A stretch of 64,000 nucleotides of DNA from a candidate division WOR-3 bacterium (GTDB lineage Bacteria; Hydrothermota; Hydrothermia; B15-G9; WFZT01): NCBI GenBank assembly GCA_027053075.1, contig JALUEE010000047.1, positions 1-64,000 of the forward strand, given 5' to 3'. Of this stretch, positions 41,078 through 51,198 are shown in pieces. A program made the position numbers and the translations under genes. Position 1 is the first letter of the stretch, and each line of letters opens with the position of its first letter. The notes beneath the pieces are model-generated. The model did not search any database and was not told where the DNA came from. It saw only the letters and a program-made list of their open reading frames with translations.

Positions 41078-42991
41078 ATGAAAAAATTACTGGCCCTGTT
41101 ATTAGTTTTTACCGTGCTACACGGCTATGATGCAAAATCTTCCTGCGTAAAGTGCCATTCCAATAAGGAGCTTCTGAAAAAACTCGGAGCTCCTCAAATG
41201 TACATGGACCCAGCACAGGTCGATAAGGAAGTCAATATGAACGGAGTTCCCAAATGCGTTGACTGTCATCTTGGTAACAATAAAACCATGGACATGAAGA
41301 AAGCCCACAAAGGTATGCTGAAGCCATTCTACGCCGCCATCGGTAAAACCCTTAAATACCAGTATGTTGATCGAAGCGTTACCAACTACGATCGCATACT
41401 TCCAAAAGGGAAGAAAAGATTTAAAGTTCTCATGCGTAAGCCCACCTCTGAGGCAAAAAAGAAATACCACATCAAAAAACTCATGCAACTCTTTTATCAT
41501 GACAGGGACACGGCAACATTTACATTTAACATAAAAATTGCCCAGAAGACCTGCGGAAAATGTCATTCAAAAGAGGTAAATGACTATAAGCACACCTCTA
41601 TGGCACTTTCACTTTATCAAAGGGCATACACGGACTGGACAAAATCACCTCCAGGCCCTCAAAACTGCGGAGTCTGGTTTGCTGACAATTACCAGACAAT
41701 AAAAGGAAAATGTACGAGAGATTACACAGAAAAAATGGCAAAATCAGCTACGAGGGGATGTAACAAGTGTCATACTTCATGTCTTGATTGCCATTATGCT
41801 GGATATAAAAAATCCGTGACAAGCCACAAATTCCTCTCAGAGCCAGAGCCTATGTCATGCTACGGTGGAGGGAGAGGAACCATCTGCCACGCAGGTCCAA
41901 TGGATCGCCGTCGTGGTGCTGGTTATATGAGACAGGAGTTTGCTTTCCCGGTAGGAGAACTCCCAACCGACGTACATAATAAAAATGGTGTCACATGCCT
42001 CGATTGTCACGAGCCTCACAACCATGACTGGGGTCACCTTGCTTCAGCAACTGCACGCAACTCCTGCTCAAAATGTCACGAGGAAATAGTTGATGCTGTT
42101 AAAACCGGCATTCACAAGAATGTTGACTGCACTGCGTGCCACATTCAAAAAGTCGGGGCCTATCAGTTCACATTTTGGGGCCCCGGAATATTTGTTGGCA
42201 TGCCCAACGTTTTTACAAAGCACAAGCAGTATTACGGTGTGAGAAGTATGCCTCTACTCGTCAAACACCCGACGCGTAAAGTCTGGATACCGGTCAAACC
42301 CTATCCTATGGCCGTTATGAACATCTCCGAGGATGTGAAACCCACCGGACTTATGGTAAGGTCTATTCCTGAGGAGAAAATTAAGGGACATCCCGAAGTT
42401 GGAGAGCCTAAATTTTTGAAAGTCAAGCGCTCACCAGACCAGATAAACGACATGTACATAATAACTGGCACGTTTGACGGGCTTAAGAAAAACAATAAAA
42501 TGCTCGCATGGATTCAGATGGATAAGATGTCCCACGCTATCGGAAAGGGTAGATCATGTCAGTCCTGCCACAGCTCTCACGATCAGGTTGCAACAACCTG
42601 GTACACTTATTCCAATATGAAGGATGTACAGAAGAAATTCAGCGGAAGTTATATCGTGAAGGCAACAAAGGACGGCATCACTTTCAGTGGTTTTGAAAAT
42701 CATACACCAATAATTCCAAAGCCGGGAAGAGATGTGGAAGATTTCGCTCCATTTTTAACACTTCCCAACGCCTGGAACGTGAGGGGAATCGACTTCTCCA
42801 TACCGTTTGATGAAAAGAAATACGAAGCAGAGCTAAACAAATACAATATGATTTACGCCGAAATCCACGCACTGAAGCTGAAATATGCAAAGGATGAGGC
42901 CAAACTCGAACAGCTGAATTTGATCAAAGCCATTCTCCCCCACAATCCCGAAAAAGCCCAACAGATGCTGAACGAGATGAAAAAGGGGTGA
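41078..42991 (+). CDS. Periplasmic multiheme cytochrome c
   Basis: Signal peptide, 9 CxxCH motifs plus one CX8CH; AGGAGG RBS. Confidence 0.9.
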   Translation: MKKLLALLLVFTVLHGYDAKSSCVKCHSNKELLKKLGAPQMYMDPAQVDKEVNMNGVPKCVDCHLGNNKTMDMKKAHKGMLKPFYAAIGKTLKYQYVDRSVTNYDRILPKGKKRFKVLMRKPTSEAKKKYHIKKLMQLFYHDRDTATFTFNIKIAQKTCGKCHSKEVNDYKHTSMALSLYQRAYTDWTKSPPGPQNCGVWFADNYQTIKGKCTRDYTEKMAKSATRGCNKCHTSCLDCHYAGYKKSVTSHKFLSEPEPMSCYGGGRGTICHAGPMDRRRGAGYMRQEFAFPVGELPTDVHNKNGVTCLDCHEPHNHDWGHLASATARNSCSKCHEEIVDAVKTGIHKNVDCTACHIQKVGAYQFTFWGPGIFVGMPNVFTKHKQYYGVRSMPLLVKHPTRKVWIPVKPYPMAVMNISEDVKPTGLMVRSIPEEKIKGHPEVGEPKFLKVKRSPDQINDMYIITGTFDGLKKNNKMLAWIQMDKMSHAIGKGRSCQSCHSSHDQVATTWYTYSNMKDVQKKFSGSYIVKATKDGITFSGFENHTPIIPKPGRDVEDFAPFLTLPNAWNVRGIDFSIPFDEKKYEAELNKYNMIYAEIHALKLKYAKDEAKLEQLNLIKAILPHNPEKAQQMLNEMKKG

Positions 42992-43076
42992 AAACGGTGA
43001 GACGTAAGGAACGAATTGTGTTTTTTTATGTCTTGAAAGTTCAACGGGGCTAAAAATCTGATTTAAAGGGGAATAG

Positions 43077-43103
43077 GGGGGCGCCTCCTTCGGAGGCGCC
43101 CCC
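43077..43103. terminator. Palindrome between convergent genes
   Basis: GGGGGCGCCTCC-TTC-GGAGGCGCCCCC followed by a T-run. Confidence 0.7.
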
Positions 43104-43171
43104 TAACTTTTTATCGGCATCTCACTGGCTCAAGTTATGGTTTTATTCAATGTGATATCAAACATCTTCAT

Positions 43172-44194
43172 TTAATCAATGACAGGAATATCCATTTCAG
43201 TGACGTCAATTCTCACGAGACTTTTATCACCGGACTGTCTCACATACTCAGCCTGTCTATCTCCCACCACAGCCTCAAGAATCATTGCTGATGATACCAT
43301 CGCGGTCCCACCGGTTATATTAAAACTAATATCGCTATCTTCATAATTTTTGAGATTTTGCAGCAACCTATCTAATTCAATCTTAACGTCTCTGAAATCA
43401 CTGACATCAACAACTCTGGACTTTTCTATGATCAAATCTCCCGTGGTAATTCTTTTTTCGAGATGTGGAATAACCTTCAGAAATTTTTCAAAATCAGCAA
43501 AATGTTCTTTTGCTTTCTCTGATAATATGACAATAACCCCTTCAAGAATGTGATTTTCGTGTATAATTGCTCTCAACGCCGGTGTCCAGTTGCCGGGCAA
43601 GTCTTTTAAAGTTTCCTCTTTAGGTATTGCCGGGTTACCCAGTTGCCGTAATTTTTCTTGAAGAGATTGAATCTGTTCAAAGGGCTCACTGCTGGGCAAA
43701 CTCAGTGCAAAGATAAGAACTTTTCTGGGGAGCGGTTTATCGTGGGCAGGTTTTTCTTTTGGCTCGAACAAACAATTGATGTATAGTAGAGGCAATAAAA
43801 ACAGAAACAAGATTGCCAATATGAATGTCAGAATGTGATGCCAGAGTAAGCCCTTATTGTAATCCGGTGTTAAAACAAGTATCCCTGCATCCCTCACACT
43901 ATCAAATACCCAGGAAATCTGGAATAAAACACTCAGGAAAATCCAGATGGACAGGTATCTATAAATTTTCTTTAACCCTTTTCGCGGTGGCTCTTTTAGA
44001 AAGTTACGAAGGGCATCTGTGAGGCCAATAGATTTGTCCTTATATTTATACATCAAGATGGTTATTGCTGAAATCAAAAGGATAATCAATAAAGTTTGGC
44101 CTAACGCCATAAAGGAGAGTATAAATGGGAAAACGCTTGAAAAGGCCAAAAGTGCAATTATGAACAGTATCTTTAAAAATTCCCTGAAGCTCAA
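43172..44194 (-). CDS. Transmembrane CARF-domain CRISPR effector (Cam1/Cam2-like)
   Basis: About 4 N-terminal TM helices; C-terminal Rossmann-like domain with ISFNITGGTAMVSS; last gene of the cas operon. Confidence 0.75.
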   Translation of the reverse strand: MSFREFLKILFIIALLAFSSVFPFILSFMALGQTLLIILLISAITILMYKYKDKSIGLTDALRNFLKEPPRKGLKKIYRYLSIWIFLSVLFQISWVFDSVRDAGILVLTPDYNKGLLWHHILTFILAILFLFLLPLLYINCLFEPKEKPAHDKPLPRKVLIFALSLPSSEPFEQIQSLQEKLRQLGNPAIPKEETLKDLPGNWTPALRAIIHENHILEGVIVILSEKAKEHFADFEKFLKVIPHLEKRITTGDLIIEKSRVVDVSDFRDVKIELDRLLQNLKNYEDSDISFNITGGTAMVSSAMILEAVVGDRQAEYVRQSGDKSLVRIDVTEMDIPVID

Positions 44195-44196
44195 TT

Positions 44197-44583
44197 TTAT
44201 ATCCTTCTCATTTCTCTGAACTTTTCTCTGATGCTCTGGAGATTTATTATTTCTGCAACCTCAAATTTTGGAGGGGTAGAATTCGGAACCGGCTTCAATC
44301 TCACTACAGGTGGGAAATATCCCATCAAACCATGAAGTGCTGCAAGGAGGGTGACAGCAATAAAATTAAAGGCTGGTGGAACTATTATAATCGGCCGTGT
44401 CTGCCACTCCTCAGGTGTCAGGTTACACGCCTCAATAAGATCTTTCACCTGCTCCTCAAAAGACTTTTCATTATCAAAAAACACTGGAATCTGCCTTATC
44501 TCCTCAATCTCCTCATCTATCAATTTCCTGATCTGCCCCACCTGCTCCTCAGTTAGTGGATGAGAAAAATTAAGCACGAGCAT
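44197..44583 (-). CDS. csx15: CRISPR-associated protein Csx15
   Basis: LNFSHPLT, LHGLMGYFP, EIINLQ motifs. Confidence 0.8.
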   Translation of the reverse strand: MLVLNFSHPLTEEQVGQIRKLIDEEIEEIRQIPVFFDNEKSFEEQVKDLIEACNLTPEEWQTRPIIIVPPAFNFIAVTLLAALHGLMGYFPPVVRLKPVPNSTPPKFEVAEIINLQSIREKFREMRRI

Positions 44584-44585
44584 GG

Positions 44586-44713
44586 TTACTTTAAAATTTT
44601 AAACACTCCATATCCCTGATTCCCTTTTGCTCCAACACCTATGTTTTCAAGGGCAAATTCGAGAAATCTTTATCCCAGAATATTGAAAAAGTATCTATAA
44701 AAATAACCTTCCC
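44586..44713 (-). pseudogene. cmr6: Remnant of a III-B-like cmr6 (C-terminal pieces)
   Basis: GKVIFIDTF, then in another frame RFLEFALENIGVGAKGNQGYGVFKILK-stop, ending 2 nt before the csx15 ATG. Confidence 0.75.
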
Positions 44714-44717
44714 GTTA

Positions 44718-45575
44718 TTATGATTTAATTGGTCGCCATAAACCATTATCCAATATTTCAAAGTAAACATCTTGATCGCTATCCACCTTTGTTCCTGGTT
44801 TCCAAGTCAAGCCTTGTGTATAAATACGCTGTAAGTACCTGCCCTCCAAAACTTCAAAATCTCCTTTAAATTTGAAGTGCGGGTCTGGCATTATATGACC
44901 AAATGCTATATTGGATTTTATGCGTGGATTTGTATGATTCAGTTCCACTTCGTAATCCAAAAAACGAGAAGCTTCCGGATGTTTCACGAGTTCAATATGA
45001 CCAAATCCGTAGCGGGTATCTGCTCCTACCATCAGTTTCTTTATTGAGAAAACTTGGTTTTGAACACTCTCATCGGCAATAAACACATACCCCACCATGA
45101 ACATCTCGGGAGGTGGATAATGGTTACTAATTTGCCAATAAGGTTGAATGCACTCTAATTCGCGAAGTGTCCCTTCCTCAGCACTATCTGATTTGGGATC
45201 AATGGATGTGGAGGGAAACGAATACAGAATTTTTGATTTGAAGTCTCTGTTTGGCTTATCATCATTTGGAGTGTCTTCCCTTTTCCAAACGAGTCCATCA
45301 GAGTATTCTGAATACCACATAGCGTATTCATCGCCAATTTTTTCGGCTGGGAACAGATAGGAAAATCGGACATTTTGTAGCAAATTTTCACCAATCGAAA
45401 TATAATCCGGGAAACTACTTCCTGCCGTATCCCGTGATAACTCGGCTGTTAATGCTCCCCAAATTGTCCTTGCTGGTATGTATAAGCGGGTTCTGTTCAA
45501 AATTCCTGCTGGTGCCGTGCCGATATTTATGGGTGATTTTACCTTCCAGACCCATCGGAACATCTTCCATGCCAT
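44718..45575 (-). CDS. cmr3: Type III-C RAMP Cmr3 (Cas5 group)
   Basis: SPINIG, YIPARTIWGALT, GADTRYGFG; position after cmr5. Confidence 0.75.
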   Translation of the reverse strand: MAWKMFRWVWKVKSPINIGTAPAGILNRTRLYIPARTIWGALTAELSRDTAGSSFPDYISIGENLLQNVRFSYLFPAEKIGDEYAMWYSEYSDGLVWKREDTPNDDKPNRDFKSKILYSFPSTSIDPKSDSAEEGTLRELECIQPYWQISNHYPPPEMFMVGYVFIADESVQNQVFSIKKLMVGADTRYGFGHIELVKHPEASRFLDYEVELNHTNPRIKSNIAFGHIMPDPHFKFKGDFEVLEGRYLQRIYTQGLTWKPGTKVDSDQDVYFEILDNGLWRPIKS

Positions 45576-45581
45576 AATTTC

Positions 45582-45950
45582 TCACCCCTGTTTGGCCTTC
45601 AAGTGATAACGAGCATACGAGAATGCGGTGCGTAGAAGGTCTCGAGCAAAAAGTAAATCATCTAAATCTTTGGAGTTTGCTAAGAGCTTTATTGCTTCCA
45701 AAATATCGTCCGTAGTATCCAAGCGATTTCCGAAAATGGTCTTGAGAAATTGCAGAGATTCCGATCTAACCTCTTTAGCTACATTGTTATTCTTGGCCTT
45801 GAGATATAGAAACATCGCATACGGGCCTTGCTCTTCCAAAACAGTCAAGGCCTCGTTGACAAGATTTTCATCTATGCCAGAAATCTGGGCTATCTCACGG
45901 CCCAATTCGGCACACTGAATGTCCAAATTTTTCATTTGAGCTTCACTCAC
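45582..45950 (-). CDS. cmr5: Type III small subunit Cmr5 (Cas11)
   Basis: Helical, ALTVLEEQGPYAMFLYL, YARYHLKA; GTG start with GGAGG. Confidence 0.75.
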   Translation of the reverse strand: MSEAQMKNLDIQCAELGREIAQISGIDENLVNEALTVLEEQGPYAMFLYLKAKNNNVAKEVRSESLQFLKTIFGNRLDTTDDILEAIKLLANSKDLDDLLFARDLLRTAFSYARYHLKAKQG

Positions 45951-45978
45951 GGCTTTCCTCCTCGTTTGGTTCAGAGGC

Positions 45979-47010
45979 CTATGACGGATTAGATTGTCTC
46001 TGAGCGGGTTCAACGCAATCAATATCTTGGGTTCCGGGCGATTCATTCTCATGCACAACTTCTACGCGTCCCATGCCTCGAGTGCCCATGCCGCCGATGC
46101 CCAAGTGTTTGAGATAGGGGTGAGCCTGGTGGGTTACCTCATGCACCCTTTCTGGAGAATACATTCGCTGACCACCATCCAGAATGACGCCTATCTCCTG
46201 TCCACCTATTCTAAAATGCTGAGGATTCTTTGCGATAATTTCCCACACCAGGACCGTGGATCGAGGCAGGGCTTCGTAAGAGAAGAGAGCCCTTTCTTCG
46301 GCAGCACCAGTTTCGGGATTGATGGAAACCGAGGTGCGCACTTCCAAATTGCTGTTGACGATGTGGGCGAAGAGGCGGTCAGGCACCAAAGCAAGGCGGT
46401 TTTGGATGTAATCTGGGATACCCAGGCCTTGCAATTTAGTTTTAATATCATTCATTTGGGCACACGCTTGCACAGGCAGCAATAACCAACCCAAGTTAAG
46501 AGGGTTGCCCGAGTTTGATTCAAGGTAAACGGCATTTTCCTCCACCCCCTGCACATTCAAACCTATAAAACGCAAGGTCTGAGGTGCAGTCACCCACATG
46601 GGGCCTTGACGGGTAGCGACAGGGAAGAGCAGCAAATGGACATCAGTAAAGGCGGCCAAGCCTGCAAAACCGCCTTCCTGCCCTGCACCACGGGCGAAAC
46701 CAAAGACAGTGCAAACGGGACAGTCAGGTTGGCGACAATGCCCATGATCCGCATCCAGCCCTAACCCGGCGCAATCGGGGTAAAAAGGTTTATCTCGGTT
46801 CGGAAATTGTGCTGTCCGATTTTCTTCAAAATACATCGCCACATAGGCCCGATACACTCCAGCTAAGCTGGACCCAGGAATTTTAGGCACCTGGGTGACC
46901 GGGTCGCGCACAATAGTCAAATCTACCCGACCGATGCGGGTCCCACCGGTGCCCACATGAATAGGGTCCAGAGCCAGACCAACCTGCAAGAATTTTTTGT
47001 AACTAGACAT
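45979..47010 (-). CDS. cmr4: Type III RAMP Cmr4 (Cas7)
   Basis: DPIHVGTGG, VDLTIVRD (catalytic Asp), IPGSSLAG, GGMGTRGMG. Confidence 0.9.
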   Translation of the reverse strand: MSSYKKFLQVGLALDPIHVGTGGTRIGRVDLTIVRDPVTQVPKIPGSSLAGVYRAYVAMYFEENRTAQFPNRDKPFYPDCAGLGLDADHGHCRQPDCPVCTVFGFARGAGQEGGFAGLAAFTDVHLLLFPVATRQGPMWVTAPQTLRFIGLNVQGVEENAVYLESNSGNPLNLGWLLLPVQACAQMNDIKTKLQGLGIPDYIQNRLALVPDRLFAHIVNSNLEVRTSVSINPETGAAEERALFSYEALPRSTVLVWEIIAKNPQHFRIGGQEIGVILDGGQRMYSPERVHEVTHQAHPYLKHLGIGGMGTRGMGRVEVVHENESPGTQDIDCVEPAQRQSNPS

Positions 47011-47023
47011 TATTTACCTCCTT

Positions 47024-50000
47024 TCAAACATTTTCTTTAAGGACTATTGTATGCCAATCTATCGCCCATTGGAGTAATCTCTGTTGGGCAGAGTCTATGA
47101 GGGTTTCAAGTGCTGTGCCCCTGACCTCTAAATGGTGCACAAGCATGGCACGGAGAGTATCTTCCCACAAATCTTTTGAAACGGCTCGTTGCCCCTCGGG
47201 TGTTTGCCATTCCTTTTCCAAACGCCCAAGTTCTGTTCTAAATCTCTGAAGAGCCGTTTGGCTTGGGACAACTTTCTTTAATAGGTTCCATATTTCGCGC
47301 ATTTGCTCCCAATCTTCCAAGTAATGTAAATCTGGGTTAGAGAAGCGAGCGGAGGTGCTTCCCATGAAGAGGATGGTTACACGCGCTGTGGATACTTTTA
47401 CACCATCACCTGGACGAAGGTCCGATACATGACGGTAAACACGGCCATCCTTTGGATGGCGAAAATCTCGGGGAAAACGAAGTTGTCGATCCTCAATTAC
47501 CATGTAAGGATAGAACACATCATCTCGCCCATCAGGCATAGCAGTAGGCACTATCTTTAAGATGCTCTTGCCGTCTTCCAGTTTTAAGCGGAGGACTACC
47601 ACACCTGCTTGTCGTTCCACTTCTTCCACCTGCCATGTTTCCTCCTCTCCTTTCAGTTCTTCTTCCATTTTACGTGTTGCTCCGATCACGGCCTGATAGG
47701 GCAACATTCGAGGGAATGCGACCACGCCTATCCGTAAAGGAAGCCGATCCCACACGCGGGAGAAGTGTTCCTTCCACCAGGAAACAGCTATATCCACACA
47801 TTCGGAGGCCGCTTCCAATGGCACCAGCACCCGAAAACGAAGTGGAGAGACTTCTACCGGAATGACCGGGTGATACAAGCTCAAGTGCGCATGAGGCTGA
47901 CGCAGCTCATTCACATGGGTAACAGTCATAGGACGCTCCTGACCAAAGGTATCTTCTTCTTCCAGCCTAATTTGAGCACCCTGAAAGGAACTCGATTGCT
48001 CTTCTGGCCGTAGCAATCTACCCAGATTGGAAGCCGTCACAAAACCTCCCAGGCTACGCACATAGACCAGGCTAATCTGCCGACCTTCCCAACGGCCATT
48101 GTAAAGGGTCAGGTCTCGCCAATCGTTATTGTCGTCTGGAACCAACACCAAGCGTCGGACACGCCAGCAATTTTCGCTGCGAGCCGCTATCTGCCGAAAT
48201 TCCTTCAGCAAGTCATGGAAGAACTCCTCGGCCTCCCGCCAGAAGCGATAGACACGGCCAGGTGAGGGAAGCTTGCGGAAGAGTTGATGCGCAAGCCAAG
48301 CAGCTCGCTGGTCGTCATTCAAGATACCCCATGTAGGTGCATCGGTACGATCCTCTACAATTTTACGGAAAAAAGTTGGCCAGTCATTTTCATACTTGTA
48401 ACCCTCTTGAAGGTTGGCAAGCAATTGGTCGTTTTTATCGAATTTAAAATGCTGTGGATTTTGTGGATCGCGAAACCTTTGTTTTAGCTCGTCAATCAGC
48501 TTATCCATAGAGCCTGTGGGGGCAATAGGATTAGGTTGACCTGAAAGGACCAGGTTAAATCTCACCCACTCCGGTATTGCTTGTACCCGCAGGCTATCCA
48601 CACGGCTGCCATTGAGCCAATCTTCAAGGTCCAGTGAGAATGTTAGCAAAGCCAGGCGGCCGTTGCGGTCAGCCACCTCCTCGAACCAGATGGTGTCGTA
48701 ATCCAGTTGCCCCTGAAGCCATGCATCTCTTCGATGGTGGCGCCGCTCGCGGCATACCGCGCATGGCTTACCCTTGTTGGTGGGATCACCGTTTAGTCGC
48801 ACACGGCAGACGGGACACACATGACCACGCGTCTCTGAAGGAGCCCTCCAATGAACATCCCACTGCTTGTGAACAGGGACGGCCACTACCAGCTTGGACT
48901 CTTTAAGCTCCCTAACAATGGGTACCAATGAACGGGTCGGCTTACTCAGGCGCACAAAGGGCGGGGTTTCCAGTTCCAGATTACGGGCGATTTCTTCTAC
49001 TTGATCTTGGAGCCATCCATTCCATCCTCGGAGCCGGGATGCGAAGTTCTCTTCATCAAACTCAAAATTCGGATCTCTCCGTCTTTGACGTTCCTGTTCT
49101 TCTTCATCGAATCTCTCGCCGGGAAAAGAAAACACGGCCATGCTGCTGTCTCGATAAAGCAAAGAGCCTGCAGCAATGTCCACCTCCACCAATTCAGCTA
49201 CACGACGGAAAAATTCGTCAATGGCACCTTGAGCACCTGTCCAGTCACCAATTTTTACCGCGCGGGCTTCGTAGTGCTCGGTCCCAAGGGCGATAGTGAG
49301 CAGGCGCCAGCGGGTATTGCTTTTGGTAAAATTATTGATAGCCAATTTCTCATCTTTCGATAGGTCATCGAAGGACTTCTCTTTTCCTTTCTTTGTTCTA
49401 AGGTTTATACCCAATTTGGTAGCTATGCTCTTCCAGTTCCAAGGAAAACCCTTATCGAGCAACGCCCCAGCCACCGCGCTCTTAAATAGAGCCGCAGCCA
49501 CATAGGACTGGTCCCACAAGGTAACATCGTTGTTGGGCAAACGCGTCTCGGCTAAGGTGGACATAAAAGCTCTTCGGACAAAAGATTTTTCTCCGATAGC
49601 TCTATTCCGCCAGTCTTGCCAATGAGCTACATCTGACACACCTCTGGTTCCTAAGTCCCGCAACTCCTCCAAAACTCGCCGGATTTCTCCCACCAATTGC
49701 TGCCAGCCCTGTGGAGTCAATAGTTCAGGTGGATTGGCCAGCAGGTTACGCTTTGGGTGGCCCCAAGGTGAGGAAAGCCACATGTGAGGAATGGTTTGCT
49801 TAAGATAATCTGAGGTAGAAGTAGGAAGGTTTTTCTCGACGCCAGAGACAATACCATGTCCTGCTTGGAGTAATCCCAAAAGACCAGGGTTACGTCCTGC
49901 ATGTTGTTCAATAAACGTAGAAAAAGAACCTGGCCATGCATTATTGGGTATTCCACTCCCGTATAGCCGTTTTACCCATTCTAATAAGGTATCCCATGGA

Positions 50001-50182
50001 AAAGGTGGCGTTTCCAAATCATGCCAATGTCGTTCATCGTAGCCGTTGTTCTCGCCACCATGACGGCGTAAAAATTCAATTCGTGCCTTTCCAGCCATGT
50101 GAAACCACCCAATGGCCTCCATTGCTAAGAGTAAAGGGCGATGTTGCCGTAAAGTCTCAGCCGGTGAGAAAGTGCTGCTCAT
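47024..50182 (-). CDS. cas10: Type III-C large subunit Cas10 (Csx11-like)
   Basis: ETRLPNNDVTLWDQSY, CPVC...CAVC, KLPSPGRVYRFW; HMAGK where HD is expected and no GGDD; start ATG 50182. Confidence 0.85.
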   Translation of the reverse strand: MSSTFSPAETLRQHRPLLLAMEAIGWFHMAGKARIEFLRRHGGENNGYDERHWHDLETPPFPWDTLLEWVKRLYGSGIPNNAWPGSFSTFIEQHAGRNPGLLGLLQAGHGIVSGVEKNLPTSTSDYLKQTIPHMWLSSPWGHPKRNLLANPPELLTPQGWQQLVGEIRRVLEELRDLGTRGVSDVAHWQDWRNRAIGEKSFVRRAFMSTLAETRLPNNDVTLWDQSYVAAALFKSAVAGALLDKGFPWNWKSIATKLGINLRTKKGKEKSFDDLSKDEKLAINNFTKSNTRWRLLTIALGTEHYEARAVKIGDWTGAQGAIDEFFRRVAELVEVDIAAGSLLYRDSSMAVFSFPGERFDEEEQERQRRRDPNFEFDEENFASRLRGWNGWLQDQVEEIARNLELETPPFVRLSKPTRSLVPIVRELKESKLVVAVPVHKQWDVHWRAPSETRGHVCPVCRVRLNGDPTNKGKPCAVCRERRHHRRDAWLQGQLDYDTIWFEEVADRNGRLALLTFSLDLEDWLNGSRVDSLRVQAIPEWVRFNLVLSGQPNPIAPTGSMDKLIDELKQRFRDPQNPQHFKFDKNDQLLANLQEGYKYENDWPTFFRKIVEDRTDAPTWGILNDDQRAAWLAHQLFRKLPSPGRVYRFWREAEEFFHDLLKEFRQIAARSENCWRVRRLVLVPDDNNDWRDLTLYNGRWEGRQISLVYVRSLGGFVTASNLGRLLRPEEQSSSFQGAQIRLEEEDTFGQERPMTVTHVNELRQPHAHLSLYHPVIPVEVSPLRFRVLVPLEAASECVDIAVSWWKEHFSRVWDRLPLRIGVVAFPRMLPYQAVIGATRKMEEELKGEEETWQVEEVERQAGVVVLRLKLEDGKSILKIVPTAMPDGRDDVFYPYMVIEDRQLRFPRDFRHPKDGRVYRHVSDLRPGDGVKVSTARVTILFMGSTSARFSNPDLHYLEDWEQMREIWNLLKKVVPSQTALQRFRTELGRLEKEWQTPEGQRAVSKDLWEDTLRAMLVHHLEVRGTALETLIDSAQQRLLQWAIDWHTIVLKENV

Positions 50183-51198
50183 GGCGTACCTCCTTTGGTT
50201 AGCCAGTTTTGAACTTCCTGCCAGAGTTCGTCGCGAGTATCCTTTTCCACGCTGCCATGAGTTTTGTGGAAAGCGCGCCACTTTTTGATTTCCGCTGTGC
50301 CCCAGCCCACAGTGCGCTTGGCGGAGATCCCATAGGGAGTAAGCAAAGTTTCAATAGCTTCAAGCAGTTTTGGGAGTACATCCACAGGTTTTGCCTCTGG
50401 CTCCATACCGGGCCAGGGCGCGTAAAGTAATGAAAGTGTTCCTTCGGCTCCCTCAACTTCCTCTCTTTCTTGGGTTCCATCAGACTTTTTCTTCACCTGT
50501 ATCGTCCGTCCAGGAACCACTTCATAGTAAATAGGTTGGGTGCCAGCGCGATTGGTACGACTATGTGGGTTGATGACCTCGAAGCCGATCTTGTTGAACC
50601 ACGTGGGGTAGAAGACCAGAGCGCCCTGGTGGAAGTTTTTCTCTTCCTTCTTCTCGTTACCAAAGAGATGCTGAATCCAGTCCGGATCCCACCAGCCATC
50701 TATTTTGCCATTGTGTTGTTCCAGATATTCCATCAGTCCTTCGTGCATTCTACAGGCCCATCGCAGCATGCCTTTACAAGAGGAAGCCGCCATAAATGGC
50801 ACGCCAAAGACCCGGTCTTTACGCACAGGGTTGTCCATCACATGGAAAATTCGGTCATCACGGGAATACCAGGGAGTGAGTAGTTCAAAATCCACCTGAA
50901 GAGCAAGCCAACGATCAGATAATAGCGTGGAAAAGTCAATTTGTAGTCCTGGATACAACTTGACCGGGAATCTCCGAGGCACTTTTCCCATGTATTCCTT
51001 ACGGAGCCTCGTTTTCTCCCGCTCCGCCTGACGTTTTCCCTGTCTGTCATTTGTCTTTTCCGCTTCTAATCGCTTGATTTCAGTCTTCAAGAAGCATTTG
51101 AAAATATGATCGATAAAACCTCCGGCCAGCCTCCAAGCCACCGGAGTGTTTTCCAATGGTTCGCAAGTCTCAAGAAAGATGAAGTAATCCCAAGTCAT
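50179..51198 (-). CDS. cmr6: Type III-C RAMP Cmr6
   Basis: LLTPWYSRDD, KGMLR, LVFYPT, EVINPH, YGISAKRTVGWG. Confidence 0.85.
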   Translation of the reverse strand: MTWDYFIFLETCEPLENTPVAWRLAGGFIDHIFKCFLKTEIKRLEAEKTNDRQGKRQAEREKTRLRKEYMGKVPRRFPVKLYPGLQIDFSTLLSDRWLALQVDFELLTPWYSRDDRIFHVMDNPVRKDRVFGVPFMAASSCKGMLRWACRMHEGLMEYLEQHNGKIDGWWDPDWIQHLFGNEKKEEKNFHQGALVFYPTWFNKIGFEVINPHSRTNRAGTQPIYYEVVPGRTIQVKKKSDGTQEREEVEGAEGTLSLLYAPWPGMEPEAKPVDVLPKLLEAIETLLTPYGISAKRTVGWGTAEIKKWRAFHKTHGSVEKDTRDELWQEVQNWLTKGGTP

